Assembly (NCBI GenBank): GCA_964234715.1
Contig: OZ174279.1
Direction: 5' to 3' (one strand)
Source of the DNA: Podarcis melisellensis
Lineage: Eukaryota
Length of the DNA stretch: 64,000 nucleotides
Shown: in pieces, positions 38,001 through 50,705 of the stretch
How the letters are laid out: each line of letters starts with the position of its first letter
How positions within the stretch are numbered: position 1 is the first letter of the stretch
Made by a program: the position numbers and the translations under genes
Notes under the pieces: model-generated
Databases searched by the model: none
What the model saw: the letters and a program-made list of their open reading frames with translations, nothing else
What the model was told of the DNA's origin: nothing

Positions 38001-41000
38001 TACTGACCATGTTCTACCCCTTAGCTCAGACTTTCAGGGGCATGATAAACGATGCAGAGAAAAAATAGCCACAGCCCCCCCAAAAGAAATCCTCACCAAA
38101 ATCTCTAAAGATATATCAGAAAATGGTGTAGGTAAAATGTCTAAAGATGATCATTATGATAAAGTGACAGTGTTACATTATACCGGAGATGTTAGTAGCC
38201 CAAAGCACGCAATGTGGATGCGCTTTACTGAGAACAGATTAGACAGAGGTAGAGAAAAGTTGATGTATGAAGACAGGGTGGACAGGACTGTTAAGGAGGC
38301 AGAAGAAAAACTGACAGAAGTATCACAGTTCTTCCGGGACAAAACAGAGAAACTGAATGATGAACTGCAATCTCCAGAGAAAAAGCAGCAGAAACGGAAT
38401 GGGAAAGAAGCACACTCTGGCCATAGTTCAACCAGCAGCAGCCCCGAAAAGGTGACGATTTCTGAGGTGCAGAGTTCAAAGGATGACTGGACTAGAGGAG
38501 GACCCTTTGGCCATTGTGGGAAGAGCTTCCCAAAAGCTGACGAAAGAAAAGCAGCTAGTTTGCCTAGCAGTCCCGAGAGAAGGGCCCTTACACAACAGAC
38601 CGAGGACTGTAAGCAGCTGATGGAGCAGAAAGGAACAGCTCAGAAGAGTAGGACACCCGAGGCTTCGCCAACCGGATTCCAGCTGAAGCAATCCAAACTC
38701 AGTTCTATTAGGCTGAAGTTTGAACAGAGCATAGGCTCAAAGAATAAGGACCTACATCATGATGATAAGAAGCAGGACACTCAATCTAAAATCCCAGTGA
38801 AAAAAATGCAAGAGAGCAAGCTCCCAGTCTATCAGTTTTATGCAAGAGAAAAGCATGCAAAAGAGGTAGACCTTGCAGATGGGAGTATAACATTACAGAG
38901 GGAATCTCCTGCTAGCAAATTAAAAGATGGTGCCCAGGGTAAAGGCAAAGCGATGGAAGATGCTGCTGCTTCAGATGTACTCAGACACAGAAATGAAATG
39001 CCAAGTAAGAATGTTCCAGAAGGCTTTGCAGAGCAGAAGCTGAAAGGTTTGGCGTACAGTACGAGCTCAGATACTGCATCAGCCAAGGGGCATTGGGATA
39101 AAAAGGTCTATAGGACATGGGAAAGCCCTGGAACATTTGCCCACAACACACAAAAAGAAAAACTGTCCCATGTGCTTGTTCAGGATGCAGTAAAAGACAA
39201 TCACATTGACCACCCTGAGACTAAAGACCTGGGCAAAGCCAGTGAATTCATCACTGTGACAGAGCATGAGCACAAGGTGTCAACGAGTGGGTCCCATTCA
39301 AAGGAGGTGAAGGAAGTGACTGTAAAATCTCCATCCAAAAAGGTCCTTTATAGAGAATATTTTGTCAGAGAAGGAGAGCCCCCCAGTGAAGTGATGGATA
39401 AAACCTCAAAGAAAAAAGAACCATTGACTGCATCCCACATTCCAGTCAGAATTTCAGAAGAAAAACGAATGTTATCAGCTAGCATTCCCGATGGAGTTCA
39501 TGAACAGCTAAAACATGCAGCACATGAACTGTCAGCTAAAGTGTCCCATGCTAGTGTGGCAAAGGAAAAAACTGAGAGGAATTTTGATTATACAGAGCAT
39601 GTTAAAAATAAGTATTCAGAATTTTGTCAGTTTAGCAGTAAGCACATCAAATTAAGTCCTCCTATGGAGGATGCTGAGCTATCCCTTAGTAAATCACCTG
39701 ATTCTTTAGAAAATAGCCCAGGAAAGGAGTCTCCCTCAAGGGACTTTGACTCTATTCATAGTGATAACTTGGCAAAATCAGCCCCTTTAGCAACAGCTGA
39801 GGGAACAAAAGAGATAAAAACCTTACCTGTTTACGTCAGTTTTGTTCAAGTAGGGAGGCAATATGAAAGGGAGGTGCAACAAGGAAATATTAAAAAAATT
39901 GTAAGTCAGGAAAGTAAGACGGTACAAGAGACAAGGGGGGGCTTTTACACCACAAGGCAGCAGAAACAGCTTCCTTCTCCACAAGGCAGTCCAGAAGATG
40001 ACACATTAGAGCAGGTGTCCTTTATAGATAGTTCTGGGAAAAGTCCATTAACACCTGAAACTCCTAGCTCAGAGGAAGTGAGTTACGAGTTTACATCTAA
40101 AACGCCTGATTCACTAATTGCTTATATACCAGGGAAACCCAGTCCTATCCCTGAGGTTTCTGAGGAGTCTGAAGAGGAAGCAGAGGCTAAGTCAACCTCT
40201 GTAAAACAGGCCATTGTTGAGCCACCAAAAATTGACAGAGTGCTGCCCAGTAGCTTAGACAGAGATTCTAATAAAAGGCCCAAAGGGAACCGGGTTGCGT
40301 ACATTGAGTTCCCTCCTCCTCCTCCGCTAGATGCCGATCAGACAGAATCAGAAAAGCAGCGCCACTCCTCTGAGAGTGAAATGGAGATGATAGAAGTAAA
40401 CCTACGGGATGAACATGACAAATGTCAGCTGGCTGAACCACTCATAAGAGTACAGCCACCTTCTCCTGGGCCACCAGGAGAAGATCTTAGTGACTCCAGC
40501 GATGATGAATCCCTGTATCAGCCTGTTCCCATTAAAAGATACATGTTTAAATTGAATGACGTTGAAGATGGCCAGAAGGAAGGCTCCAAGCATAAATTGC
40601 CTGCAAAAAGAGAGAATGGGAAACCTAATGATTTTGATCTTAGCCTTGATTCTCCCCAGAATGATATTGCGCAAAATGGGAACAATGACCAGTCTGTCAC
40701 TGAGTGTTCCATAGCAACCACTGCAGAATTTTCCCATGATACAGATGCAACTGAAATTGACTCTCTTGATGGGTATGATCTACAAGATGAAGATGATGGC
40801 TTAACCGAGAGTGATTCCAAACTTGCAGGCCCAGCAGTGGAAATCAAAAAAGACATATGGGCTACAGAAGGCATTTTGAAACAGACTGATCGGTGTTTTA
40901 GCCAAAGTAAGCTGGAAGTTATTGAGGAGGAAGAAAAAGTTGGTACTGAAGAAAACAAACTTTTATCAAAATGTCCAGCAGCTGAAACAAGTGCCGATAA

Positions 41001-42718
41001 GACTGAACAAAAATCAGGGGCACAGTTTTTCACTTTGGAAGGCAGGCACCCTGACAGGACTGTGTTTCCTGATACATATTTCAGTTACAAAGTAGATGAA
41101 GAGTTTGCAACCCCTTTTAAGACAGTAGCTACTAAAAGCCTAGATTTTGACCCTTGGTCCAATAACCGTGGTGATGATGAAGTGTTTGAGTCCAAATCGA
41201 GGGATGACGAGGCTAAGCCTTTTGGCCTTGCTGTAGAAGACAGATCTCAAGCGACAACCCCAGATACGACTCCAGCCAGAACTCCAACTGATGAAAGTAC
41301 ACCAACTAGTGAGCCCAATCCCTTCCCGTTTCACGAAGGGAAGATGTTTGAGATGACTCGCAGTGGCGCAATTGACATGAGCAAGAGGGATTTTGTTGAA
41401 GAAAGACTCCAATTTTTTCAGATTGGTGAGCATACTTCTGAAGGGAAGTCAGGGGACAAGGGGGAAGGGGATAAAAATAAAGTCACTGCCATCACACAGC
41501 TGCAGTCAGGGGACAAAGCTGTAGGAAAAAACGTAGAGGGAGAAGTAGAAACACCAACAGTTGAATGTAAGCTCATCACCCAGGCCAGTGGAGATTGTAC
41601 GGAAGCAACACCCGGTAGTAACTCCCTGGAGAAATCATCGACCGCTGTTAATGCTTCTAAAGTTGATCCCAAATTGCGCACACCTATTAAAATGGGAATT
41701 TCTGCTTCCGCCATGACGCTGAAGAAAGATGTCTCTGGAGAAGTGACAGATAAGCTAGAGGCTGTGACGCCAGGTGTTCAGGGGTTAGAATATGAAGCCA
41801 TAGAGGAGGTTACAAGCCAGTCAAGTGGTAGGGAAGCAGAAAAGCATGATTTCCAAAAAGATAATTTTAATAACAACAACAATTTGGACCCATCCGTTTT
41901 ACCTAACGATAGCGTTACCTGTAAAGTAGTGCTAAATGAACACTTTGAGCCTAAGTGTCCCACACAGAAAGCTACTCAATTGAAAAACACTTCAGGAAAT
42001 GATACAGGTGCAACACAAGGACACTGTAAACCAAAAGTACACGGAGAACAGCAGAAGTCATCAGAGCCAGTAGGGAATAGAGCGAGATCAAAACTTCCCA
42101 TAAAGGCTACCTCAGCAAAAGAAGCTATCCCACATAGCAGTAGCCAAGCCTGCAGAGTGAGTAAAGTCAGACAGGATAGTAAACTTGACAAAAGGAAACA
42201 AAACAGCTCTTTCCCACATGTAGAAGTAAGGTCTAAGATTCCTGTAAAAAATACACAAAGGCATAACTTAGCCATAGCTAGAAAGACACCAGCAGTTCAA
42301 AACCAAGAGCAGCTAGAGAGAAGCAAAGCCAAACCGCTTCCTTCTAAATTACCATTAAAGGTAAGATCTACCACCAGCACCTCTACCACCACCGCTGCAG
42401 CAGCAACAGTTAAAGTAAAGCAGAGTCAGCTTAGGGAGGTATGTAAACATTCTATTGAATATTTTAAGGGAATTAGTGGAGAGGCTTTAAAGCTTGTGGA
42501 CCGCCTGTCTGATGAAGACAAAAAGTTGCAGTCAGAGGTGTCCGATGACGATGAAGAAGAAGACAGTACGTCAAGAAACACGTCCCTGTCCGAAGCCACT
42601 CAAGTTTTCCAGCCTTCCATTACATCGAAGCCCGCTAGAGATATGAGAACAGAGGCAGCATCTTTAAAATCAAAGATTGAAAAGTCCGACAGTGAGAGGA
42701 GGAGGAGTAAGAGGACTG
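35015..42718 (+). CDS. ANK3: Ankyrin-G giant neuronal exon (exon 37; 480/270-kDa isoforms): Ser/Thr-rich domain plus tail
   Basis: Uninterrupted frame of 7704 nt, symmetric phase 1. Acceptor cag|TT GAA CGA (alternative aag at 35008), donor ACT G|gtgaga. Hallmark sequences: RPYQSWTTAPITVPG, SSSQEMLKDVAEMKEDL, EDEWVEFS, KLDVSHSDTEES, EERLQFFQIG. Confidence 0.98.
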
Positions 42719-43371
42719 GTGAGAATGGAGGGAGTCAGGTTTCTGGAGCTCTCGTGGCTCACCTCGTGGAGATCAAGCCTAGTTTGTAAAACTTTCAACT
42801 TGTTGATCCTAGTGCATGAACTGTTGTGATTGCCTGTGAAGTGACTTACTGTAGTTCTCATTCTGTCATTGTCATCTGTATGTGCTGTCTTTTATACTCT
42901 TCTTTCTTCCTTTAAGTGAAGCCTATACTATAGACAGCTAGTGAAGCATGCTAAATACATTCATGTAATAGTTTAGGTCTTAGAAGACTTCATTTTGTGA
43001 CAGCAAAAAAACCACACCCCTCATTTTGTCAAACAGAGAAAACATTTTTTTTTTCTTTAAGTACTGGTGGACTATTTTCCACCACCCCACCAGTAGTTAA
43101 AGCACTGTTGAACAGTTGAGTAGATAGATTGTTGGCATGTTTGGTTTCATTTACACAATTAACATCATGTAGTTTGACACTCGGCCTTATAAAGGTGGCA
43201 TTTTTTTCAAATCTGTGACAAATATATATTTATTTATTGTAGGTTTTAGGGCACTCAGTCATTTTAGCAATTGATCTGAGCACCAGTTAACATAGTACAA
43301 TGTATTAAAATGCTGTTAGTGCTAAGAATTCTTTCACAGCACCTTTTTAATCAATAAATTATAAATCACAG

Positions 43372-43446
43372 GTCCACAGAGTCCATGTGAACGGACAGAT
43401 ATAAGGATGGCAATAGTGGCCGATCACCTGGGACTTAGTTGGACGG
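43372..43446 (+). CDS. ANK3: Ankyrin-G exon 38 equivalent, start of the death domain
   Basis: acag|GT CCA CAG AGT...TGG ACG G|gtaaga; 75 nt; GPQSPCERTDIRMAIVADHLGLSWT. Confidence 0.97.
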
Positions 43447-43555
43447 GTAAGAATTTCTTTTGATACCCAGGTGAGGGTGTGTATGTGTGTGTGTTAGAGT
43501 GCAGTTTAGTCCTCAGGGCATCTTTTGTCTTCAGAAAAAGAGGGATACAGTAGAC

Positions 43556-43755
43556 NNNNNNNNNNNNNNNNNNNNNNNNNNNNNNNNNNNNNNNNNNNNN
43601 NNNNNNNNNNNNNNNNNNNNNNNNNNNNNNNNNNNNNNNNNNNNNNNNNNNNNNNNNNNNNNNNNNNNNNNNNNNNNNNNNNNNNNNNNNNNNNNNNNNN
43701 NNNNNNNNNNNNNNNNNNNNNNNNNNNNNNNNNNNNNNNNNNNNNNNNNNNNNNN
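43556..43755. other. Assembly gap (200 N, probably of unknown true size)
   Basis: Round-number N run; the genes on either side are each missing exons. Confidence 0.95.
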
Positions 43756-44932
43756 GGGAAGCGCTTCCCGCTATCCCGGACGGCTTTTGAAGGCAGGCGG
43801 GGGGGAGCAAAGACTTTCGCCCCCGCCGGCCTTCAGAGGAGGTCCTGGACCTCTTTGCTCCCCCCTGCCTGACCTTCCCGGGAGAGCGGAAAAACGCGCT
43901 ATGATTCTCCGCTCTCCCCGACTGCTTTTGAAGGCAGGCGGGGGGGGAGCAAAGACCTTTGCCCCCCGCCAGCCTTCAGAAGAGGTCCAGGACCTCTTCT
44001 GAAGGCTGGCGGGGGGCGAAAGTCTTTGTCCCCCCTGCCTGCCTTCCCGGGAGAGCATTTTAAAAGCGGTCCGGGATAGCAGGGAAGCGCTTCCCGCTAT
44101 CCCGGACGGCTTTTGAAGGCAGGCGGGGGGGGAGCAGGACCTCTTCCGAAGGCGGGCGGGGGGCAAAAGTCTTTGTCCCCCCTGCCTGCCCTCCCGGGGG
44201 CTTTTAAATCGCCCCGGGACTGTCCCGGGTGATTTAAAAGCCCCCGGATGGCTTTTGAAGGCAGGCGCGGGGGGGAGCAAATATTTGCCCCCCGCCAGCC
44301 TTCAGAAGAGGTCCAGGACCTCTTCCGATGGCGGGCGGGGGGCAAAAGTCTTTGTCCCCCCTGCCTCTCCCGGGAAGGCAGGCAGGGGGGAGCAAAGACT
44401 TTTGCCCCCCGCCCGCCTTCGGAAGAGGTCCTGCTCCCCCCGCCTGCCTTCAACAGCCGGCGGGGTTCCCTGCTATCCCGGACCTGCTTCCCTGCTATCC
44501 CGGACCGCTTTTAAAACGCTCTCCCGGGAAGGCAGGCAGGGAGGACAAAGACTTTCGCTCCCTGCCAGCCTTCAGAAGAGGTCCTGGACCTCTTCTGAAG
44601 GCTGGCGGGGGGCAAAAGTCTTTGCTCCCCCCCCCCGCCTGCCTTCAAAAGCCGTCCGGGGGCTTTTAAATTGCCCCGGGACAGTCCCGGGGCCATTTAA
44701 AAGCCCCCGGGAAGGCAGGCAGGGGGGACAAAAACTTCCCCCCCCCCCGCCGGCCTTCAGAAGAGGTTGGGGGACAGACTGTCCCCAGACCTGGTCTGAA
44801 GGCGGTTTCCATAGGAACGCATTAATTGATTTTTAATGCATTCCTATGGGAAACCGTGCTTCGCAAGACGAAAAACTCGCAAGACGAAAAGACTTGTGGA
44901 ACGAATTAATTTCGTCTTGCGAGGCACCACTG
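43756..44932. mobile_element. GC-rich non-autonomous Tigger/pogo-like transposon (right part) with internal palindromic tandem modules
   Basis: Ends in ggaacgaattaatttcgtcttgcgaggcaccactg|TA, with a subterminal hairpin ccataggaa..cattaattgatttttaatgcattcctatgg; the interior is built from repeated gaaggcaggcgggggggagcaaagac and gaagaggtcc(a/t)ggacctcttc units. Confidence 0.8.
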
Positions 44933-46117
44933 TACTCTCAGACTATGAATCTTCTCCTTCAACCCCTCGCAGAAGAGTTTGCTTCCCGAATTCCTGGACT
45001 TGGGAGGCATCCACCCACAGAACCTCCATCTTGTCAGCTTTCAGCCTGTTTAATTGGCCCCGATCCAGCCCATTACTGCTTCCAGACACAAGTTCAACAC
45101 CTGCATAGCACCTCCAGATTGAGATAAAATGGAGAGCTAAAACTGAGTGCCAGCGGCATAAAGATTCTGTGCTCCCAACTCCACATATGATGGCACCCAG
45201 CTATTTCATATAGATGTTGAATAACATATAAAACAGCATGGATCCTTGTGAAGACCCCAAGCTGAAAAGCTATGGAGCCAAGTAACTTTCTCTAGTTGCT
45301 CTGAAATAATAGCAACTTTCGGCAAATTGAGGGACGTAGTTAAATCTTTTTTCCTCTCTTCTTTGACATTTTCCCCTTCTCCTTCTTTCTCTTTGTTGTT
45401 GTTGCTCATTCAAATTTGTCCTGTTAGACAAAAAAAAGCAAAGGTAGCCTTTCCCTTTCTGTTTCATGATACTGTATTGCTGACTGCACAGCATTATTTG
45501 CTGACTGCATGGCATTATTTTAATAATTATATACTCCATCCATAGAGCAAAACAGAGTGGAATTTCAGAGAGAACCTGGAAGAATGCCAAAGTGTAAGGG
45601 GTGGGAGTGACTCAACAGAACAGTTAAACAAATATAGTAATTTGTAACTGTGTTCTTATTTATACTTCCCACATGTAGTGGAACTATAACTGCTCTCTGC
45701 TTGCTGCTAGACACAGGACAGAAATGTTAATTATTAAAGCTGATGAATATCTTGCAACTTAAGAGTGAAGATTGTGCATATCTTACCTGTAGTTATGCAT
45801 ATTATATAGCCTTCTAAGTTGAATTGAAACTTGCTTCTTTTCTCTGGGAAACTGAAAAGAACAGCCATGCTTGGACTATGTTAGGCAAGGCAAAAGGTAT
45901 GTGGCAAAGTTCAAGTGATCCAGTTAATTAAAAGTGTCAGTATAGTCAAGTCACAAAGGGAAAGAGTCTTTAATAAAATGGAATCATTTTTATATATATG
46001 AAGAGATCACCACAGGAGGGGAGACATGAGAGGGGAGAAATGAAAATATTCCAAGGCTACACTCCAAAGAGTCTATTTAGGTGCACCACAGGGCTTCTGT
46101 GTTTTTCTCCATCTCCC

Positions 46118-46595
46118 TTGGCTGCCAGTCCATTACTCGGACCAAATCAAAGCTTTGGTATTAACCTTAAAGTCCTGAACAGGCCAAGTTACCTGAAGGA
46201 TTGTTTCCTCTTAGACATAGGTTTCTGGATCCTAAGATCATCTTCAGAGACCCTTCTCTTGGTGCCCACACCAGATCAGATGCTGTGGCAATGGTAGCTA
46301 CCCAGGAGGGACATTTTTTGGTGGTGGTGCTCTGGTTGTGGAATGCCCTTCCCAGAGATGCATGCTTGTTACCCACATCATGGTTGTTTTGCCATGATTT
46401 TTAAGTATTTAGAATCTTCTGGTGCTTTTTAATGCTGTTTTTATATAGTTGCAGATTGTGGCTATAATTTTTATAGCGATTATATGTTTTGCCTTGTATT
46501 TTTGTATGGCTTTTAAATTTTCTTGTTCGCCACCCAGAGAATTATTGGATGGGTAATTGAGCAGTATACAATGTTTAAAACAGAGAAATAAATCC
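46118..46595 (+). mobile_element. L2-clade LINE 3' fragment (end of ORF2 and 3' UTR)
   Basis: Frameshifted remnants WLPV..., KALVLT, PSYLKD, LWNALPRD, followed by a T-rich UTR. Confidence 0.65.
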
Positions 46596-49500
46596 TCCAT
46601 GTCATATCACAAACTGTTTTCAAAACTTGCCTACAATGGAGCTGGGGTGCACTTGTGAAACCAGGCAGGGCACACAGGGTTACTTAACCTGTGAAAGTGA
46701 TTTTTTCCCCTTCCAAACCAGGAGCTATGGCTAATTATGGTTTATCCAGACAAGCCAGGATCAGAAATGGTGGTTTGATCTTGGCTTCTTTGGACAAACC
46801 ATAGCAAAAGCTAATCAGACTTTAACCTCTTTAAAATGGAACCAGATGCTTCCCATGTTTTTCTCGCCACCGTGCTAAAGAATGGGAAGGGAGTGCACAA
46901 GCACAAGCCTCATTCATACAGAACTATGATTTAGTGCTGTGTCGAAAGGCAACCTTATGTAATTCACAGTTTGTAAAAATTAAATGCAGGCAGGCAGCAT
47001 TGCAAAGCGAGGCAAATGCGTCTACTAAGTTAGTAAGGAAAATCAGTGTTGCTCCAGCAGCTTCATTGAAGGCTTCAAATCAGTATGAATTTCTTCCATT
47101 GGAAAAATACAAGGTAATAAATACATCACATGATTTGGCTTTAGACATCAGACATCCAAAATGAAGCATTGTGAAAAGGAAATGATAGATACTACTTTTG
47201 CGACTTCACAAACAATTTTTTCTAAGCACAGAATGTTCAAAGTTTATTCCGATGGATAGCATGACCAATTTGCTAGAATCAAGTTGCAAGTTTCTCCAAC
47301 TTGTTTGCACACCCTGTTTTTCTGTATTTTGTAATACAAATTAGCTCCAGTTTCAACCAGTGGGTGCCAGCTATTCTGCCAAACCTGCTGTTTCAAGTAT
47401 GAGTGTGCACTATTCTAGAGCACACTAGGGTCATCTATGGTTGCATGCACCAGTGTAGTTTTTCCTGTACCCTACTGAAGCAAGGAGCTCTGAGCAGTAC
47501 AGTGAAGGAGAGGTAACCTCTGTTGGTTATCTAACTATATCACACAGCCAGTCACACAGGACCTCTTTCTCTTTTCTAAGCACGCTACAACTCCTCTCTC
47601 CGTTTTCCATTTGTGTCACTGTTCTGCATTATAAAGGCATAATTTTCTCCAAAAAGCACAACTTTCTTCATCTTGTTTTTCCAGTTGTGCATGTTTTGTA
47701 CTTCCTTAAGAAGCTTAGTATAGTCAATATTTATAGGATCAGCTCCTTATAAGAGGGAAGAGTGTTGAAAGCTCATGGTACTGATCTGCTTGTTTACAAA
47801 TGTGCACATACAAATGGATAAAACACACAAACATACTCAGTTAGAGTCACAGTTGCTGCCCCCTTTGCCTCTCTAGAATTATCACAATCAGCCAGCCAGC
47901 CAGCTCCAGGCTGCTTCTGTTCTGCAAACTTTGTGAAAACAAGAAGAAAACAATTGTGCCAAATTAAAACTGGATTGAGTTCTCACCAGAGCAGTATGAG
48001 TCACATCAATGCCTGGAACAACCTAATGATCCATTAATGCCATGTTCAAAGCTCACCAAGCACAGGGTGGATGTCATAGTAGGCCAGCAAACTTTACAAC
48101 CCAGTAATAATTTTTGAAACCGCATTTTATATTCCCACTGCCACAAGACACACACAGGCTATAATCTGAAAACAAAAAACTGCAGTTAGGTGAATATGGA
48201 AGCGGCTCCTTCCGTTCTCCCCCTTGGCATCTGTGCCAAGCACCATAGTCTGATAGATTTGTGTGTGGCATTAATTGGGATTTTAAAAATTGCTCTATTC
48301 CAAAGCTTGAGGTCTGATTTGAAACAAGATTAAAATATTGTAAACCTACATAGATCTGCAGCTGAAATCTTAACACCCCCTCCAAAAAGATCCAGTTGAA
48401 AAGCTAGTTTTATAGTCTCTATAAAATAATTTCTATGATATGGGTGATTATTTGATTTTGTTTTAAATCCTTTTTTAGCTGTATCTTTCATGGTACAATA
48501 AATGTGGATTTGGAGGGCATTTTCTGCTTTTGTCTCCTCAGTGGTTCCCATTTTGCATATTGAGATTGGGAGAGAACTGATATCCGAAACCGTTTTATCA
48601 TTTTCATCTCGAAATGGTAATGTGTCATATGTGTCAGTAAACAAGTCTTCTCTTTTTTATATATATAAAAAATAATAGCAACATGGCGCCAGTGGTAGGC
48701 AAAGCTTCATTGCCTTTCTACTGCCTCAGGCCAAGTAGCATCGCAAATTATGTTTGGCGGTTCAGTAAACCAGTCCAAATGAAGTTTGTATGAAACTGTA
48801 GGTAGAGACGTTTTTTAATAATATATTTTAGTAGGTTTTTTAAAATTTGTTTTTTACAAAATAACAAAAGCCAGCAAGGGAGAAAAACATGAGTTGGGAG
48901 GATGGTGTCTAGATCAATAGCAAAATATCCATGAATGGGTGCCTGTCCATAACCATGTGGGTAAGGGTGTAAAAGTAATAAGTTCAGTTTATATGTTGAA
49001 TGCTGTAAGGCAAAGTGGCTAACCTGGGGCATTCACATTTTATTGGACCATAATTCCAATCATCCCTGACTACTGGCTACAGTTTTTCAGCATGAGAAAC
49101 AGATTGTTCCATTAACATAATGATAACAGTTGCACAAGTAATCATGGGTTGTGAATTACCAGTGGCAACAACAATGGATCTCATAAGCTTTGACTGAGCA
49201 GCCAATGTACACTCACCACCACATGGGTAGTGCCCACAAAATGGTTACATGATGCATATAATTGCTGTTATTCCATGCAGTTGTGTCAACCACAATGATG
49301 GCATCTGCCTCTTGGTGTCATCTGTGGTGAGCCCTACCACTTCCAAGCCTGCCTTTCTTGACATCCCTAGCAAGCTATCTAGACTAAGCCTGTGGTTTGA
49401 TTGACTATAGTCCTAGGTCTACTAGGAAGATAATGTCTTTGGGGTTGTTCACACCCTCATGGGTTGTTGAGCTTCTATCTGCTGTGTATTTTGGAAAGTG

Positions 49501-50549
49501 GTTTGTCTGTCCATCTGTCCTCTATAGGTTTGACTATCTCTTGAGATATCACTGTCAGACTTGGCAGAATGGTTCCCAAGGTTGGGGCAGTGGTCTTTGC
49601 TGTCATTTGGATGCCGGACAGCATTTTGAATCAAGATGGGAGTCTGCAACCACACTTTGGCATGGCTGTTCCCATTTTCTGGGCTAGGTTCAGCTGCCTC
49701 TTGTGAGATACTGTTGCCAAACTTGGCACAAAATTTCCTGAAGTGAAGGTGGGGGACTTTTCTGCCATTTGGGCCCTGAGCACCACTTTGAATCAGGATG
49801 AGAGAACAAAACATTGCTTTGATGTGACTTCACCCGATTTTTGGCATGATGAGTCCTAACTCACAAATTACACTATCCATTTAAAAATCACAATCTTTTT
49901 GGTTTTCAAAAAGCACGACATATAAGCAGCCAATGCCACCTTATTATTATTTTATTATAAAACTTCTCTGGCTTTTACATCACATGTTTAGAACATATGT
50001 AGGCGCCATTAGGTCACCAGTGTCCATGCCTCGTTTTGATTTATTATAATAAAGAGATATCTCAAGCTCGAAATTCTGTTTATGTGTTGGAGAATGGTGA
50101 CTCACTGTCCTTCATTTGTTTAGTACATATTTTAGCAATGTCAAATAGCCTTGAAAACAAAACAAAAAATGCTACTTCTATATTTTTAGGCAAGGATTTT
50201 TTCTTTCTGCAGTGTAAAGCAGAAATGTCCCGTCCCCCCACCTTCACAATTTGCAGGGGGGAGGCTTGGAAAAATAATGTTATTCTAATGTGACAGGAAA
50301 AAGTTGTAGTTACTTGTTCTCATTTACAGTGATATTCAACCTCAGAAACTTGAATTCAAGGTTTTGCTTTCCTCTGTTTGCCAATTTAAATGTTTTTAGA
50401 AAAGGAGAAATTTACTTGTTGTGAATGAAAGAGAAGAAGCCAAGCTTGGATTTCACAACTAGCCAGTCACCTAATGGATTTTTATTTCATTTCTCCTACC
50501 CTCTAAAAATAGAACTCACTTTTCTGTTCACTACTGTCGGTGTTGGAGA

Positions 50550-50705
50550 GGGGCGCGGGTGGCGCTGTGGTCTAAACCACTGAGCCTAGGGCTTGCCAAT
50601 CGGAAGGTTGGCCGTTTGAATCCCCGCGACAGGGTGAGCTCCCGTTGCTCGGTCCCAGGTCTTGCCAACCTAGCAGTTCGAAAGGACGTCAAAGTGCAAG
50701 TAGAA
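50550..50705 (+). mobile_element. Sauria/POM-type (Squam1) SINE, 5' half only
   Basis: gggcgcgggtggcgctgtggtctaaaccactgagcc...gaatccccgcgac.gggtgagctcccgttgctcggtcc...gccaacctagcagttcgaaag..cgtcaaagtgcaagtaga, typical of the lacertid SINE. Confidence 0.85.

Noticed and set aside
35119-42789. 2556-aa ORF as a stand-alone single-exon gene
   Set aside because: It starts at an internal GTG and runs past the splice donor at 42718. It is the ANK3 giant exon; the final ENGGSQ...KPSL residues are intron read-through with no supporting nearby poly(A) signal.
43424-44836. Several overlapping 100-190 aa Pro/Gly/Arg-rich ORFs
   Set aside because: By-products of N runs and a GC-rich repeat that has few stop codons.
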